Virus record (IMG/VR): IMGVR_UViG_2681813318_000003
Reading direction: 5' to 3' (one strand)
DNA length: 64,000 nt
DNA from: a virus
Lineage: Duplodnaviria > Heunggongvirae > Uroviricota > Caudoviricetes
Within the stretch, counting starts at the first letter, position 1. The number at the start of each line of letters is the position of its first letter. The position numbers were made by a program, and so were the translations under genes. Below are positions 10,339 through 19,836 of the stretch, in pieces. A model generated the notes under the pieces. It was not told the DNA's origin. It saw only the letters and a list, made by a program, of their open reading frames with translations, and searched no databases.

Positions 10339-11229
10339 TTATGCCGGTAAAGCAATTTCTAACGGTTTATCCAAAGGTTGTTTGTCGAATGCCAGCAGTG
10401 GCAGCGTGTCAGGCAGTCGACGGCCAAAGTCAGGGTTTCGGTACACACCATACAACGGAGACGTAAAGCTCAGGTTGTGAATGTCCTTGAGCAGCTTCAC
10501 AATGCTGGCCTCGTCCACCAGACTGTCGGCAATGTCCTGAATCGTCGTGCCACGATTCCGCCCAGCTTTTGCCAGGGAACTGTTCTTGTGGTAGTCCGCC
10601 ACCAGATCACGCAGTGCACGGCGACGACGAGACTCGCTCATTGCGAACAACTCTTTGACGATCGCCTCGTTATCACCCGGGTCGGAACGGAAATGGCGCT
10701 GGAATACACGCAGTGCACTTTCATAGCTCTTCGGTCGCTCAGGGCGGATGAACTTAAACCCTGCTTTCATGGCGAAGGGATTGTATTTGCTCATCGAGGA
10801 CTGGATCTCAATGATTGGCCGGTCATGCATCCTGCTAACCAGGTTAATCATTCGATAAGAGACGCCTACGCCACGATACTGAGTATCCACAACTGAGCGA
10901 CTGATCACCGCAAAGTTGTTATTCACGTACCGACCCCAGTACTGGTTAGCCACGGTGGTATTAGTGGTTGGTTTCAACTTAGGAAACATGCGGTGGCGAG
11001 GTGCCAGCAGTAGTTTCGGGTAAGCCATAACCACGACGCCCACCAGACGGTCATCAAGTTCGCAGCGATAGTAAGTTGGCGCGAAAGGTTTGCCGTCTGT
11101 TTTGTAGTGAAGCGACTTAAGAGCGTGCCAGTCCTCTACAGTTCCCTTTGTGACAGTCATTCGCTCCAGAAAGTCCAGATGACGCGGAAACTCTTCAGGG
11201 CGGTAGCGTTTAATGATGATGTCCGTCAT
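10339..11229 (-). CDS. GNAT-like acetyltransferase-fold protein (tentative)
   Basis: Contains Q-Y-R-G-V-G-V-S resembling GNAT motif A (R/Q-x-x-G-x-G/A); translationally coupled to the upstream ABC ATPase gene. Confidence 0.35.
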   Translation of the reverse strand: MTDIIIKRYRPEEFPRHLDFLERMTVTKGTVEDWHALKSLHYKTDGKPFAPTYYRCELDDRLVGVVVMAYPKLLLAPRHRMFPKLKPTTNTTVANQYWGRYVNNNFAVISRSVVDTQYRGVGVSYRMINLVSRMHDRPIIEIQSSMSKYNPFAMKAGFKFIRPERPKSYESALRVFQRHFRSDPGDNEAIVKELFAMSESRRRRALRDLVADYHKNSSLAKAGRNRGTTIQDIADSLVDEASIVKLLKDIHNLSFTSPLYGVYRNPDFGRRLPDTLPLLAFDKQPLDKPLEIALPA

Positions 11230-11891
11230 AAATGAACCTCATCATGACTACCATTGTGATATTCCACCTTCACGCGTTCTTTGTAGTGCTTGGTGATCTG
11301 CATATCCGGGCGCAGCGCGTTCTTCAGGTCTTCGTGAGTCGTCGCCACCATTACCGTCGCACCAACCTTTCGAGCGGCACGCTGGAGGTTAGATGCCACA
11401 ACCTGAGCGGTTACACGGTCTAGAACAGCACCGAACTCGTCAGCAGCCCACACTTTAGCGCCTGACTCAATCAGTTTGGCAATCTTGAGACGATATTTCT
11501 GACCGTCTGACATTTCAGAAGGCTTGCGAACAAACAGATATGCATCGTTCAGACCAGCCATAGATAACAACCCAAGCGCATCGCTGGTCGTTTTGCCCAA
11601 CTGATCGATGACGTTAACCTCATTATCGAAGGTAAAATCATCGATGGAGGCTACAGACAGCCCTTCATCCTTCATCTGTCGTTGCAACTCGCGCAGCACA
11701 ACGGATTTGCCGGAACCGGATTGGCCGGTGATGTACACCACATCGCCCTGCTTCACTTCCAGCTCCAGATTGTCGTAAAGCGTCCACTCTTTTTCGTCCA
11801 GGCCAAGCCCGAACGACTCAGCGATTTCCAACGTGCGCGTGGTTTTATTTACGCGTGTCTGAAACGATACGTTGATGATGTATTTGCTCAT
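11226..11891 (-). CDS. Stand-alone ABC-type ATPase (no transmembrane partner)
   Basis: Walker A GQSGSGKS, ABC signature-like MSDGQKYRL, Walker B VWAADEF, H-loop ATTHEDL; 221 aa. Confidence 0.6.
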   Translation of the reverse strand: MSKYIINVSFQTRVNKTTRTLEIAESFGLGLDEKEWTLYDNLELEVKQGDVVYITGQSGSGKSVVLRELQRQMKDEGLSVASIDDFTFDNEVNVIDQLGKTTSDALGLLSMAGLNDAYLFVRKPSEMSDGQKYRLKIAKLIESGAKVWAADEFGAVLDRVTAQVVASNLQRAARKVGATVMVATTHEDLKNALRPDMQITKHYKERVKVEYHNGSHDEVHL

Positions 11892-12589
11892 ACAGCCATC
11901 TCCCCGGAAGAGATCTTCTCCGCATATGCCACAAATGCGTCTACCCCGCTTTCTCCCGTCATTTCTTCCATGTGGGCAAGCAAATCACCAACAACAATGG
12001 CAGAGCCAGCAGGAAGCGTTTTAAAGCCCAATACGTCGACAACACGTACTTCTTCCGCTGCAACTTCACGACTGATCTCGGTGTGTTCATCCTTCTGTCG
12101 TTTAGTTTCTTCGCCAAGATCGATAACTAGCGAGTCGGTGTCCATTTCTTCTGTCATGCTGCCAACGAGAACATTCAACTCACGCTCTTCAAAGCCGAAA
12201 ACCTCGATATCGTCCAGAACAAGCGACTCAAGCTCTTTCTGTAGCTTAATTGCATCGTAATCAATGCTGGCAAGTCGGTTATCTTCAAGGCGCTTCGCAC
12301 GAACCTCATCATCACTGAGATCATCGCGAACAATAACCGGTACGCGCTCAAGTCCAGCAAAAATTGCAGCCTCACGGCGGCCGTGGCCAGTAATAATTAC
12401 GTCGTTCTTATCGACCGTAATTGGCTGGTCAAATCCGCGCTTTTTAATGGCTGCGGCTAGATCTCGGATCTGCTGTTCATCATGCTTTTTGGCATTCATC
12501 TCATAGGGAATAAGATCTGCCGGGTCGCGATATACGATTTCAAACTTTTTGGTCATTACATACGCTCCTTGTAGTAGTCGACCAGCCAC
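11888..12589 (-). CDS. ParB-like nuclease domain protein
   Basis: ParB/Srx-type motif ITGHGRREAA (GxxRxxA) near the N-terminus; acidic C-terminal half. Confidence 0.55.
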   Translation of the reverse strand: MAGRLLQGAYVMTKKFEIVYRDPADLIPYEMNAKKHDEQQIRDLAAAIKKRGFDQPITVDKNDVIITGHGRREAAIFAGLERVPVIVRDDLSDDEVRAKRLEDNRLASIDYDAIKLQKELESLVLDDIEVFGFEERELNVLVGSMTEEMDTDSLVIDLGEETKRQKDEHTEISREVAAEEVRVVDVLGFKTLPAGSAIVVGDLLAHMEEMTGESGVDAFVAYAEKISSGEMAV

Positions 12590-13236
12590 ACCAGAGCCTC
12601 ACCAGCGTTCTCCATTTCATTACCGGTGTTAATAGCCTGCTCTTTGATGATGTTTTTTATGGTTTCTGCAACACGATCTGACGCATCGAAAGTTACTTTG
12701 AAGCGCATGGTCTGATGTTCCGCCCCCACACGTTCGGTTTTCTCTCGTTTGTCGGTATCGACAGGCTCATCACTACCACGAGACAACGCCTCCAGTGCTT
12801 CAAGGTCGATTGCCGCCTCTTTTGCTAAAACCATCGAGATTTCGTCGTCATACGGGGCGATTTCAGACAGTTGATAGTCAAGTTCTGACTGAATTTCTTC
12901 AATGAAGCGTTGCAATGCGATTTGGTCGTCTTCACCGTATCGCTCGTTGTCCACCAGTGACATCTGTTTAGCTACGACATCGCTAATTTTGCCCACAGAA
13001 AGCACTGGAACCGTTGAAATTCCTTGCTCAATAGCGGCACGCCAGCGATGTTCGCCGCCGAGGATTTCAAAAAATCCATCTTCAAGTTCACGAGCCAAAA
13101 TTGGCTTAAAAAAGCCCAATTTTTCGATAGAACCTTTCAGTTTTTCAAAATTCTGCGCACCAACCGAATTGGTGTTCCAGGTATTCGGGCGAAGGTTGGC
13201 AACATCAACCTGCAAAATCGTGATTTTTACATCCAT
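12556..13236 (-). CDS. ParB-like nuclease domain protein (second copy)
   Basis: ParB motif ILGGEHRWRAA; start trimmed to ATG 13236 (MDVKITI); paralogous architecture to the adjacent gene. Confidence 0.55.
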   Translation of the reverse strand: MDVKITILQVDVANLRPNTWNTNSVGAQNFEKLKGSIEKLGFFKPILARELEDGFFEILGGEHRWRAAIEQGISTVPVLSVGKISDVVAKQMSLVDNERYGEDDQIALQRFIEEIQSELDYQLSEIAPYDDEISMVLAKEAAIDLEALEALSRGSDEPVDTDKREKTERVGAEHQTMRFKVTFDASDRVAETIKNIIKEQAINTGNEMENAGEALVWLVDYYKERM

Positions 13237-13318
13237 TTTATTGCTACAATCCACTAAGTAATCACTTACTTATTATAATAGCCAAATAACATACAAAAGG
13301 CACTAAGGAAAGAGGTTT

Positions 13319-14878
13319 ATGACTGTTCGGATTGTATCTAACGCAGTTAATGCGCTTATTTCTGGCGCAGATGACAAGGTAAAGCAACTGGTGCAACAGA
13401 TGTTGAGCTACGAAGTCGAGACTGGCGACTGGAAGGGCACAAGCACAATGTTCAACTGGAGTAAAAACTCGTTCCCTGCAGGCTTTGCCAAGCCTGTAGC
13501 GGCGAACTTGAACAAGGCGGGCATCAAATGTGTTCATATCCGCAAAGACAAAGCCCCGGCGCTTGGAAAACCAAATCCGGCGGTTAACCCATTCCCATAC
13601 AATCCTGATTATGCGTATCAGGATCAGACTGTGGAAACACTGGTTCGAGAGGGAATGATGATTGCGCAGATCGCTACTGGTGGCGGGAAATCTAATGTTG
13701 CCTGCAAAGCAGCTGCACGTATCGCTCGAATGACATTATTTTTAACAACCCGCTCTGTTCTGATGTTTCAAATGGCCGAAAACTTCCAGAGATCCATCGA
13801 CTACCGCGCCAAAAATGGCGAACCGTGGTTAAAAGACCAAAAGGTTGGAGTCATTGGCTCGGGTGAGTTCCAGGTATCACGACATATCAACGTCGCTACA
13901 GTTCAAACTCTTGCAAGTTTCCTCGAAGAACCACCACGCGATGCAACACCAGATAAGAAAAGCTACCACCTCAAACGTCGGGAGTTGGTGAAACGCTTCC
14001 TTTCAAGTGTCTCTCTTCTTATTCTGGAAGAGGCGCATGAGTCTTCAGGCTCAAATTTCTATGACATCGCCAGATTATGTGTGAACGCAGACTATCGTCT
14101 GGCGCTTACAGCCACGCCGTTCATGAAGGATTCGACGGAAGCCAACATGCGCCTGATGGCGGTGGCCGGGCGAATTGAAATTAAAGTCACAGAAAAGTAC
14201 CTGATTGATCGAGGCATTCTGGCAAAGCCGTACTTCCTTTATCATAAAGTTGCCTACAAGCCAGACGAGGCCAGAATCAAGGCCGAACTTGCCAACAAAC
14301 ATCTCAATTTTAGAGTTGGTATGAGCACCGCCTACCAAAAGGCTTATCAGTTGGGGATCGTGTATAATTTGGGACGTAACGAGGCCATAGTGCGCGAGGC
14401 ATTGCTTTATAAGCAACATTCACTCAACTGCATGACTCTGGTTCGTCTTAAACGCCACGGGCAAATCCTGATGGAGATGATGAAGGAGTCAGGTCTTAGA
14501 GTTGATTTCATCTATGGGGAATCTAACCAGACGACAAGGCAAGCAAAGCTGAACAGTTTAGCGTCTGGTGAAATAGATGTTTTAATAGGCTCGACTATTC
14601 TGGATGTTGGTGTTGATGTGCCAAGCGTTGGTGCGGTCATTCTTGCTGGTGGTGGGAAAGCAGAAGTTGAAATGAGACAGCGTGTCGGTCGTGGCTTACG
14701 AGCCAAAAAAAATCAGGCAAACGTGTGTTTTATCACTGATTTCATTGACATTAGCAACAAATACCTGTTGTCTCACTCTTATGAGCGAAAACACATCATC
14801 GACACCACACCTGGCTTTGCAGAAGGTGTATTGCCTATTGATGGAGCATTCGATTTTGGAGTTCTGAAACGAGATTAG
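13319..14878 (+). CDS. Superfamily 2 DNA helicase (DEAH-like, UvsW or type III res-like)
   Basis: Motif I ATGGGKS, motif II LEEAHE, motif III TATP, motif VI QRVGRGLR; SD AAGGAAAGAGG before ATG. Confidence 0.7.
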   Translation: MTVRIVSNAVNALISGADDKVKQLVQQMLSYEVETGDWKGTSTMFNWSKNSFPAGFAKPVAANLNKAGIKCVHIRKDKAPALGKPNPAVNPFPYNPDYAYQDQTVETLVREGMMIAQIATGGGKSNVACKAAARIARMTLFLTTRSVLMFQMAENFQRSIDYRAKNGEPWLKDQKVGVIGSGEFQVSRHINVATVQTLASFLEEPPRDATPDKKSYHLKRRELVKRFLSSVSLLILEEAHESSGSNFYDIARLCVNADYRLALTATPFMKDSTEANMRLMAVAGRIEIKVTEKYLIDRGILAKPYFLYHKVAYKPDEARIKAELANKHLNFRVGMSTAYQKAYQLGIVYNLGRNEAIVREALLYKQHSLNCMTLVRLKRHGQILMEMMKESGLRVDFIYGESNQTTRQAKLNSLASGEIDVLIGSTILDVGVDVPSVGAVILAGGGKAEVEMRQRVGRGLRAKKNQANVCFITDFIDISNKYLLSHSYERKHIIDTTPGFAEGVLPIDGAFDFGVLKRD

Positions 14879-14880
14879 TT

Positions 14881-15159
14881 ATGAGTGAAAAGAAAACAAC
14901 TTACTGTCAGGTAGCATTGTCTGATAAGGCCAATGACAAACTTGGAAAGTTTCAAGTGAAACTAAAAGAAAAAAATATCAAAATGTCTAAGGCTGAAGTC
15001 ATTAATACCATTCTGGAACAATTGACAATGGCCGACTTTGACAAGGTTATATCTTCTGTCGGGGCTTCCGCTAAGACTCGTGAGAAAATCATGCGTATCT
15101 ATGAGAACTCTAATATGACAAAGGAAGATCTCGAAACGCTATTAAGCAGATTAAAATAA
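14881..15159 (+). CDS. Hypothetical small protein
   Basis: 92-aa ORF immediately after the helicase stop; Lys-rich. Confidence 0.35.
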   Translation: MSEKKTTYCQVALSDKANDKLGKFQVKLKEKNIKMSKAEVINTILEQLTMADFDKVISSVGASAKTREKIMRIYENSNMTKEDLETLLSRLK

Positions 15160-15185
15160 TCACGCTATCAATTAGGGAGACAAAG

Positions 15186-15650
15186 ATGAAGTCTCCCATA
15201 CTGTTCACTTTCTGTTCTAAAACTAACATGAAATACTCGCTTCTCCCTCTACTAACGTTACCAGTGTTGATGCTTACCGCGTGCCAATCACGTCCAATAT
15301 CAATCCATGACGCCAAACCAGCACCGCAGGCCAAAGTGTTCAAGTATCAAAGCGCAGCGCCAGCTACGTTGGTGGTAATGAGAGACACAGGTTTTGTAGG
15401 AGCTGGATGTGATGCTTCCATTTTCATCAATGGCGAAACTGTCGCAAAACTGGCTACAGGCGAAAAAGCGACTTTCCATTTCAATGCCGGAGAATTAATT
15501 GTGGGTGCATCTCTTGAAGGTGCAGGTTTATGTGCTCTAAACCCCGCTCGTCAAGAGCGAGAAACGACTCTGAAGAATGGAGACACAAAAGCGTTCAGGG
15601 TGTTCACCAGCAATTCTGGTAACATCGACATTCTGCCAACAACTCTGTGA
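15186..15650 (+). CDS. Lipoprotein (lipobox LTAC), possible superinfection-exclusion factor
   Basis: Signal peptide LLPLLTLPVLMLTAC with Cys lipobox; SD AGGGAGA before ATG 15186. Confidence 0.5.
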   Translation: MKSPILFTFCSKTNMKYSLLPLLTLPVLMLTACQSRPISIHDAKPAPQAKVFKYQSAAPATLVVMRDTGFVGAGCDASIFINGETVAKLATGEKATFHFNAGELIVGASLEGAGLCALNPARQERETTLKNGDTKAFRVFTSNSGNIDILPTTL

Positions 15651-15654
15651 TGAC

Positions 15655-16179
15655 ATGACAACCAAAGATATTACCTACGGTATCCAAGCTGAACTCTTGC
15701 CGCGAGATTACACTAACGTTGAAAAACTACTGATGTTCTGGCGCAGAGAACAAATTCCTGTAAGGGTCACTCTCGAAGATGGTCAGGCGTTTTGCATGTA
15801 CGTTTATGGCCTCATGCCATCTCGCAACAAAGTTGACCTTTGCCCAGCCCCTTTTGACAAAGAAAATCGTATAAGGCTCCCACTTGAACGCATTAGTACA
15901 ATTGAATCAGGTGTGGTTGACAGTATCGCTCACGATTTCAAAGGTCGATTAACAGTTCACCCTGATTATGTCGATAATCGGCCATCACGCCGCGATTTTT
16001 TTGCAATTTGCAACCAAGCCTACAAAGCAAACAAATCTATAAGGGTGTACATGGCGGATGGCCGTGAAATTGAGGGGGTGTCAGCAGGCGCAGATGCTTG
16101 TCAGGTTACACTACGTGTCGAGAACGGTAGAAAAATAGTTGTTTTGTTCGATTGGGTTGAACGAATTTTGCCTTTTTGA
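15655..16179 (+). CDS. Hypothetical protein
   Basis: ORF 15577..16179 trimmed to ATG 15655 (MTTKDITYG), which is coupled to the preceding stop TGA. Confidence 0.4.
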   Translation: MTTKDITYGIQAELLPRDYTNVEKLLMFWRREQIPVRVTLEDGQAFCMYVYGLMPSRNKVDLCPAPFDKENRIRLPLERISTIESGVVDSIAHDFKGRLTVHPDYVDNRPSRRDFFAICNQAYKANKSIRVYMADGREIEGVSAGADACQVTLRVENGRKIVVLFDWVERILPF

Positions 16180-16182
16180 GTT

Positions 16183-16491
16183 ATGAAATCGATATTGTTA
16201 CCACCATTATTTTTACTTTGCTCAGTTGCGGCAAATGCAATGGACTATAAGCCTGTCATTCAGTCGCTGATGAATGACGTGTGCTCAACGTCTCAGAATG
16301 TATCAGTTTGCATGTATCAATTTTCGGCAGCCGTAAAAGCAGGAAAAGCGATAGGTGAGAATGTGGAACTGTGTAAGAAAGTGGCAAATGAAGAACGGGC
16401 AATGTTGGATTGCGAATCTAGCGAGTCATCGGCACAGTTCGTTGATGCGCTATTTGACACCAATCGTAAGGCTGTAGAGTCTGTTCAATAA
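16183..16491 (+). CDS. Small secreted or periplasmic protein
   Basis: N-terminal signal peptide MKSILLPPLFLLCSVAANA followed by a Cys-containing mature region. Confidence 0.45.
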   Translation: MKSILLPPLFLLCSVAANAMDYKPVIQSLMNDVCSTSQNVSVCMYQFSAAVKAGKAIGENVELCKKVANEERAMLDCESSESSAQFVDALFDTNRKAVESVQ

Positions 16492-16506
16492 ATCTATAAG
16501 GTTAAT

Positions 16507-16534
16507 AACCGGCTAAGTCCGGTTATTATTTTTC
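16507..16534 (+). terminator. Rho-independent terminator
   Basis: AACCGGCTAAGTCCGGTT hairpin followed by ATTATTTTT. Confidence 0.55.
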
Positions 16535-16682
16535 ACATCACTTCTTTATATCTACAAATCAAATAACCTAAATATATATAAGGTCGAAAGCCGGAATCGA
16601 TTATTTATTTAGGGAACACCTTCGACGATCTCGCTTTTATTTCTAGGACTTTCATCCCTGCAAAAAATTTAAAAAAAATACT

Positions 16683-16730
16683 TGCAATCTTTTTTCGCGT
16701 ATCGATAATTGAACTCGTCGAAAGCGAAGA
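16683..16730 (+). promoter_or_regulatory. Strong sigma70-type promoter with upstream A-tract
   Basis: TTGCAA, 17-bp spacer, GATAAT-like -10, preceded by an AAAAAATTTAAAAAAAA tract (UP-element-like); drives the AT-rich three-gene cassette. Confidence 0.45.
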
Positions 16731-16774
16731 CGCTAACGACAATAAATTTTAAATTTACATAAGGAAAAATTATC

Positions 16775-17425
16775 ATGGCTAACATTATCATTTCTAAAAA
16801 ATCCATCATTGAAGCTGCTTCCATTGTATCCGATGAACTGCGCGAAAAAGCAGATCTGGCAACTCAAACATATAACGAACATTATAAAAATGGTACGCAC
16901 ACTAAAGCAGACAAAGCAAATATGCAAGCTGCGTCCACTAAACTTGCTTACTTCATCAACAACGTCGTAAACGCTGTAGAAGACGAAAAATTATGCTCTG
17001 TTTTCTACTATGCGATTAAAGCAAGCAAACAAGCGCCAGAAGTATTTTTCCGTGATGCTATGACTAATAGTTATTCACTGGAAAAACTGGTTTATCTGGT
17101 TAAATCCATTAAAGCTGGTAAATGCGTTTATTCCGTCGCTGATATGTCAGGATCTCGTGTATTTGCTTTAATCGATATGATTAACGACGAGATCGACACG
17201 TTCACTAATGGCGCTGTTTTCGATTTAATGAATGAAGCTAAAAAAGCGTGCGAAATTAAATTGGACGCTGGCTATACTCAAGCCAACCAGTTGATCAATC
17301 TTTGCGAACGTCTTGGACTTGTTGAAAAAGTCAAAGGAGCTGGGAGCGCAAAAGCTGGTACTCAGCAATATCGCTTCATTAAAAATGATTTCTACAATTA
17401 TTTAGCTGATGCTTTCAAAGCGTAA
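16775..17425 (+). CDS. Hypothetical protein (first gene of AT-rich cassette)
   Basis: 216-aa ORF with SD AAGGAAAAA; codon usage biased to GCT/AAA/GAA/CGT/CTG, unlike neighbouring genes. Confidence 0.5.
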   Translation: MANIIISKKSIIEAASIVSDELREKADLATQTYNEHYKNGTHTKADKANMQAASTKLAYFINNVVNAVEDEKLCSVFYYAIKASKQAPEVFFRDAMTNSYSLEKLVYLVKSIKAGKCVYSVADMSGSRVFALIDMINDEIDTFTNGAVFDLMNEAKKACEIKLDAGYTQANQLINLCERLGLVEKVKGAGSAKAGTQQYRFIKNDFYNYLADAFKA

Positions 17426-17473
17426 TTAATGGAATCAAGCGCCCACTATGGGCGCTTTAAAGGAGCTTTAAAA

Positions 17474-17677
17474 ATGGTCAGCTATGACAAGATCCGCGCA
17501 GAATATCGCGCAAAGTATCGCGCTTATAAACTGGAATTAATCGATGATTTGATCGCGCAACGCGACCAATTAAATTTTACGTTTTCTGATTTGCTTAACA
17601 GCAAGCGAGATTGCAAGCGCAAACGTGAATACTTACGTTTAAGCGCATTAATCGGAAAACTTCAAAATTCTATTTAA
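17474..17677 (+). CDS. Small basic coiled-coil protein
   Basis: ORF 17429..17677 trimmed to ATG 17474 (MVSYDK) with SD AAAGGAG; the upstream in-frame codons run through the GCGCCCACTATGGGCGC hairpin. Confidence 0.4.
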   Translation: MVSYDKIRAEYRAKYRAYKLELIDDLIAQRDQLNFTFSDLLNSKRDCKRKREYLRLSALIGKLQNSI

Positions 17678-17698
17678 TTTTTTTTAAGGAGCTTAATC

Positions 17699-17929
17699 AT
17701 GTTTGTTCTTATCGCTGGCGTTAACGTCCATAACGAATATTATGTTAATCGCATCGCTGGGATCGCTGGTTACGCTGGGCGCGCAGTCGAGCTTATAGAT
17801 GAAACGACGCGCAAAATTGACTTATTGAGCGACCAGGAGCGAAAAAAAGCAGACGTGAACGACGCTGATATATTTTTAATGTTAAAAGCGTTTGTAGAAA
17901 TGGGATTTGAAATCAGTCTACATAAATAA
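17699..17929 (+). CDS. Hypothetical small protein
   Basis: 76-aa ORF with SD TAAGGAG. Confidence 0.45.
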   Translation: MFVLIAGVNVHNEYYVNRIAGIAGYAGRAVELIDETTRKIDLLSDQERKKADVNDADIFLMLKAFVEMGFEISLHK

Positions 17930-17980
17930 AATCGAGCGCTCACTATGGGCGTTTTTTTCGTTTCCAATACTTCCACCATA

Positions 17981-18010
17981 ACGCGCCAATGATGGCGCTT
18001 TTTTTATTGT
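17981..18010 (+). terminator. Rho-independent terminator
   Basis: GCGCCAATGATGGCGC hairpin followed by T8; a related hairpin with a T7 run sits at 17933-17958. Confidence 0.6.
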
Positions 18011-18384
18011 CTTTGACTCAAGCCAACAACATAAAAATAAGCGCCAAAATAACGCCATAGACGCACTTTTATATCCTTACCAGTACATACCCATTACTTA
18101 GCGCATTAACGCACTTAAATCGCGTTATATTGCGTTATGGTGTATGGTTAATCATTGGCTTTTATTCTTGCTATGTGATCCGCGTTTAATTGTCGGCGCG
18201 GATCGGCATTTTGTTTTGTTCCGTATCCGCTCGCGTATTATGTGCGCGTGATTTTTCACATAATCACACCACTTAATCACGTATGTGATTACGCTACGAA
18301 AGAAATCTGGATGTCTCAGGCGACGAAAGTCATCATAATTTTCCCCGCTCACCTGTCCGACAACCGCTGGTTGGATTCCACCAG

Positions 18385-18535
18385 CTTCCCGATGTTTTTT
18401 CTATATAAAGGCGAATGCAGCCGTTTCCCGAAAAAATCCTGGCCGTTCCCCGTCGGCTCATGAATACGTTCCTCGCCGTTTCTGAAAATTTCCCTGCGGC
18501 AGCTGGTGGCTATATAGAAAGGGCCGTTTCTGGCC
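18385..18535. repeat. Cluster of about five degenerate direct repeats CCGTT(T)CC(C)nGAAA
   Basis: CCGTTTCCCGAAAAAA, CCGTTCCCCG, CCGTTTCTGAAAATTTCCCTG, CCGTTTCTGG seen in tandem; second cluster at 21550-21690 in the same orientation. Confidence 0.5.
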
Positions 18536-18545
18536 CTCTTCTCAG

Positions 18546-19028
18546 TTACACGCCATCAAGGATGTGGATGCGGTTGCTGGCGTATACATTCAGCATAAAG
18601 TTAGCGCAAAACAGTTTCCATGTATCAACGCCAGCGGTATACGTAATGTTTTTGCATTTAATCGCATTGTTGGCGATCCGCATCCCCTGCGATACTGCTT
18701 CATCGTCGGAAAATTTGAACGACGATTGAGTTTTAATCCAGACAGAAATCTGCGTAGCAAACTCAATCAGCTTGGACTGGCAGAATCGCCCGGAGCGTAC
18801 CGGGAAGACGAACGTTCCGAATCCAGAATTTACCACATACGCTTTCTCAAATACCCGCGAGTAACGACGATTACCAATGATGTCACGTGCAATAATGCAT
18901 TTTTCTTGTGCTGACAGTTCTACCGTCTCATTGTCGCGCCATGCACCAAGTACTCGTTTTTCAATGTCAGAGAACGTTACAGCGATATTGCCATGTGCGG
19001 GTGCGTTTACAGTAGCGATAAAATTCAT
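18546..19028 (-). CDS. Hypothetical early protein
   Basis: 160-aa ORF; class A promoter/leader motif immediately upstream (19045-19086). Confidence 0.4.
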   Translation of the reverse strand: MNFIATVNAPAHGNIAVTFSDIEKRVLGAWRDNETVELSAQEKCIIARDIIGNRRYSRVFEKAYVVNSGFGTFVFPVRSGRFCQSKLIEFATQISVWIKTQSSFKFSDDEAVSQGMRIANNAIKCKNITYTAGVDTWKLFCANFMLNVYASNRIHILDGV

Positions 19029-19378
19029 GATTAATTCCTTATCGTAAATAACAAATTGTTTTCTTGTTGGTGTTAATTATCGTTGTACGAATAAGGCGTC
19101 AAAGTGGAAAGTTGCGGTAGCCGGACGGGAACAGGTGTGTTTGTCGGTTGCCTGGAGGTAAGAGGTTGGTGTTTTTAGCCTGCGGGAAACAGGATGGTCA
19201 TTTAAGACCACCAATGGTGATGGCCTTAATAATTATCGCCCGATTACGCTAAGGATCTTTTCCTCAACTGATTTGTTGTTGCGACTAAACTGCCTTGCGT
19301 ATCTGATGACAGCAGAGGCGTTTTGCTTTCTGACCATCTCGGCTCTTTCCTTCTGGCGTTTCTTGAAATCGCCCATAT

Positions 19379-19753
19379 TTACCACCAGGCGCAGAAGGTC
19401 AGTCTGTTATTGTGAAAGTCGTGGTTCCTGATCAGGTCTTCCACAAGTTTTTTCAGCTTATCCACGTCATGCCAGTAACCTTCGTCGTACTCCTGACTGC
19501 CGAAGAAAAAACCTTCCCGAGTAGGCAAGTACTCTTCGCAATTGCTTTCGTTTATGTGCATCAAATGAGCCTTCAGAAAACAAATGTCATTCATCGTTAA
19601 TTCTAAAAGCTCACAATTTTCGACTTCACCTACGTTGCGCTCCATCCACCCAACGAGCGCATTGAACTTACGGAAGTAAGCAACCTGCTTTCTGGATGCC
19701 TCGTTATTCAGATCGTTTTTAGGCTGTGTCTCGATATAGATATCAAGTCCCAT
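19379..19753 (-). CDS. Hypothetical early protein
   Basis: ORF trimmed to ATG 19753 (MGLDIY) with SD AAGGAAACC; class A-like motif at 19807-19827. Confidence 0.4.
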   Translation of the reverse strand: MGLDIYIETQPKNDLNNEASRKQVAYFRKFNALVGWMERNVGEVENCELLELTMNDICFLKAHLMHINESNCEEYLPTREGFFFGSQEYDEGYWHDVDKLKKLVEDLIRNHDFHNNRLTFCAWW

Positions 19754-19836
19754 GATGGTTTCCTTATTAAGTTGCTTCAGTGAAATCATTTTCACAAATC
19801 AGATAAGGCAGAAAACAAATTGTTATCGGGCATAAT

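Noticed and set aside
11682-12260. 192-aa plus-strand ORF rich in Ser/Thr
   Set aside because: Antisense overlap with the ABC ATPase and ParB-like genes; composition typical of a shadow frame.
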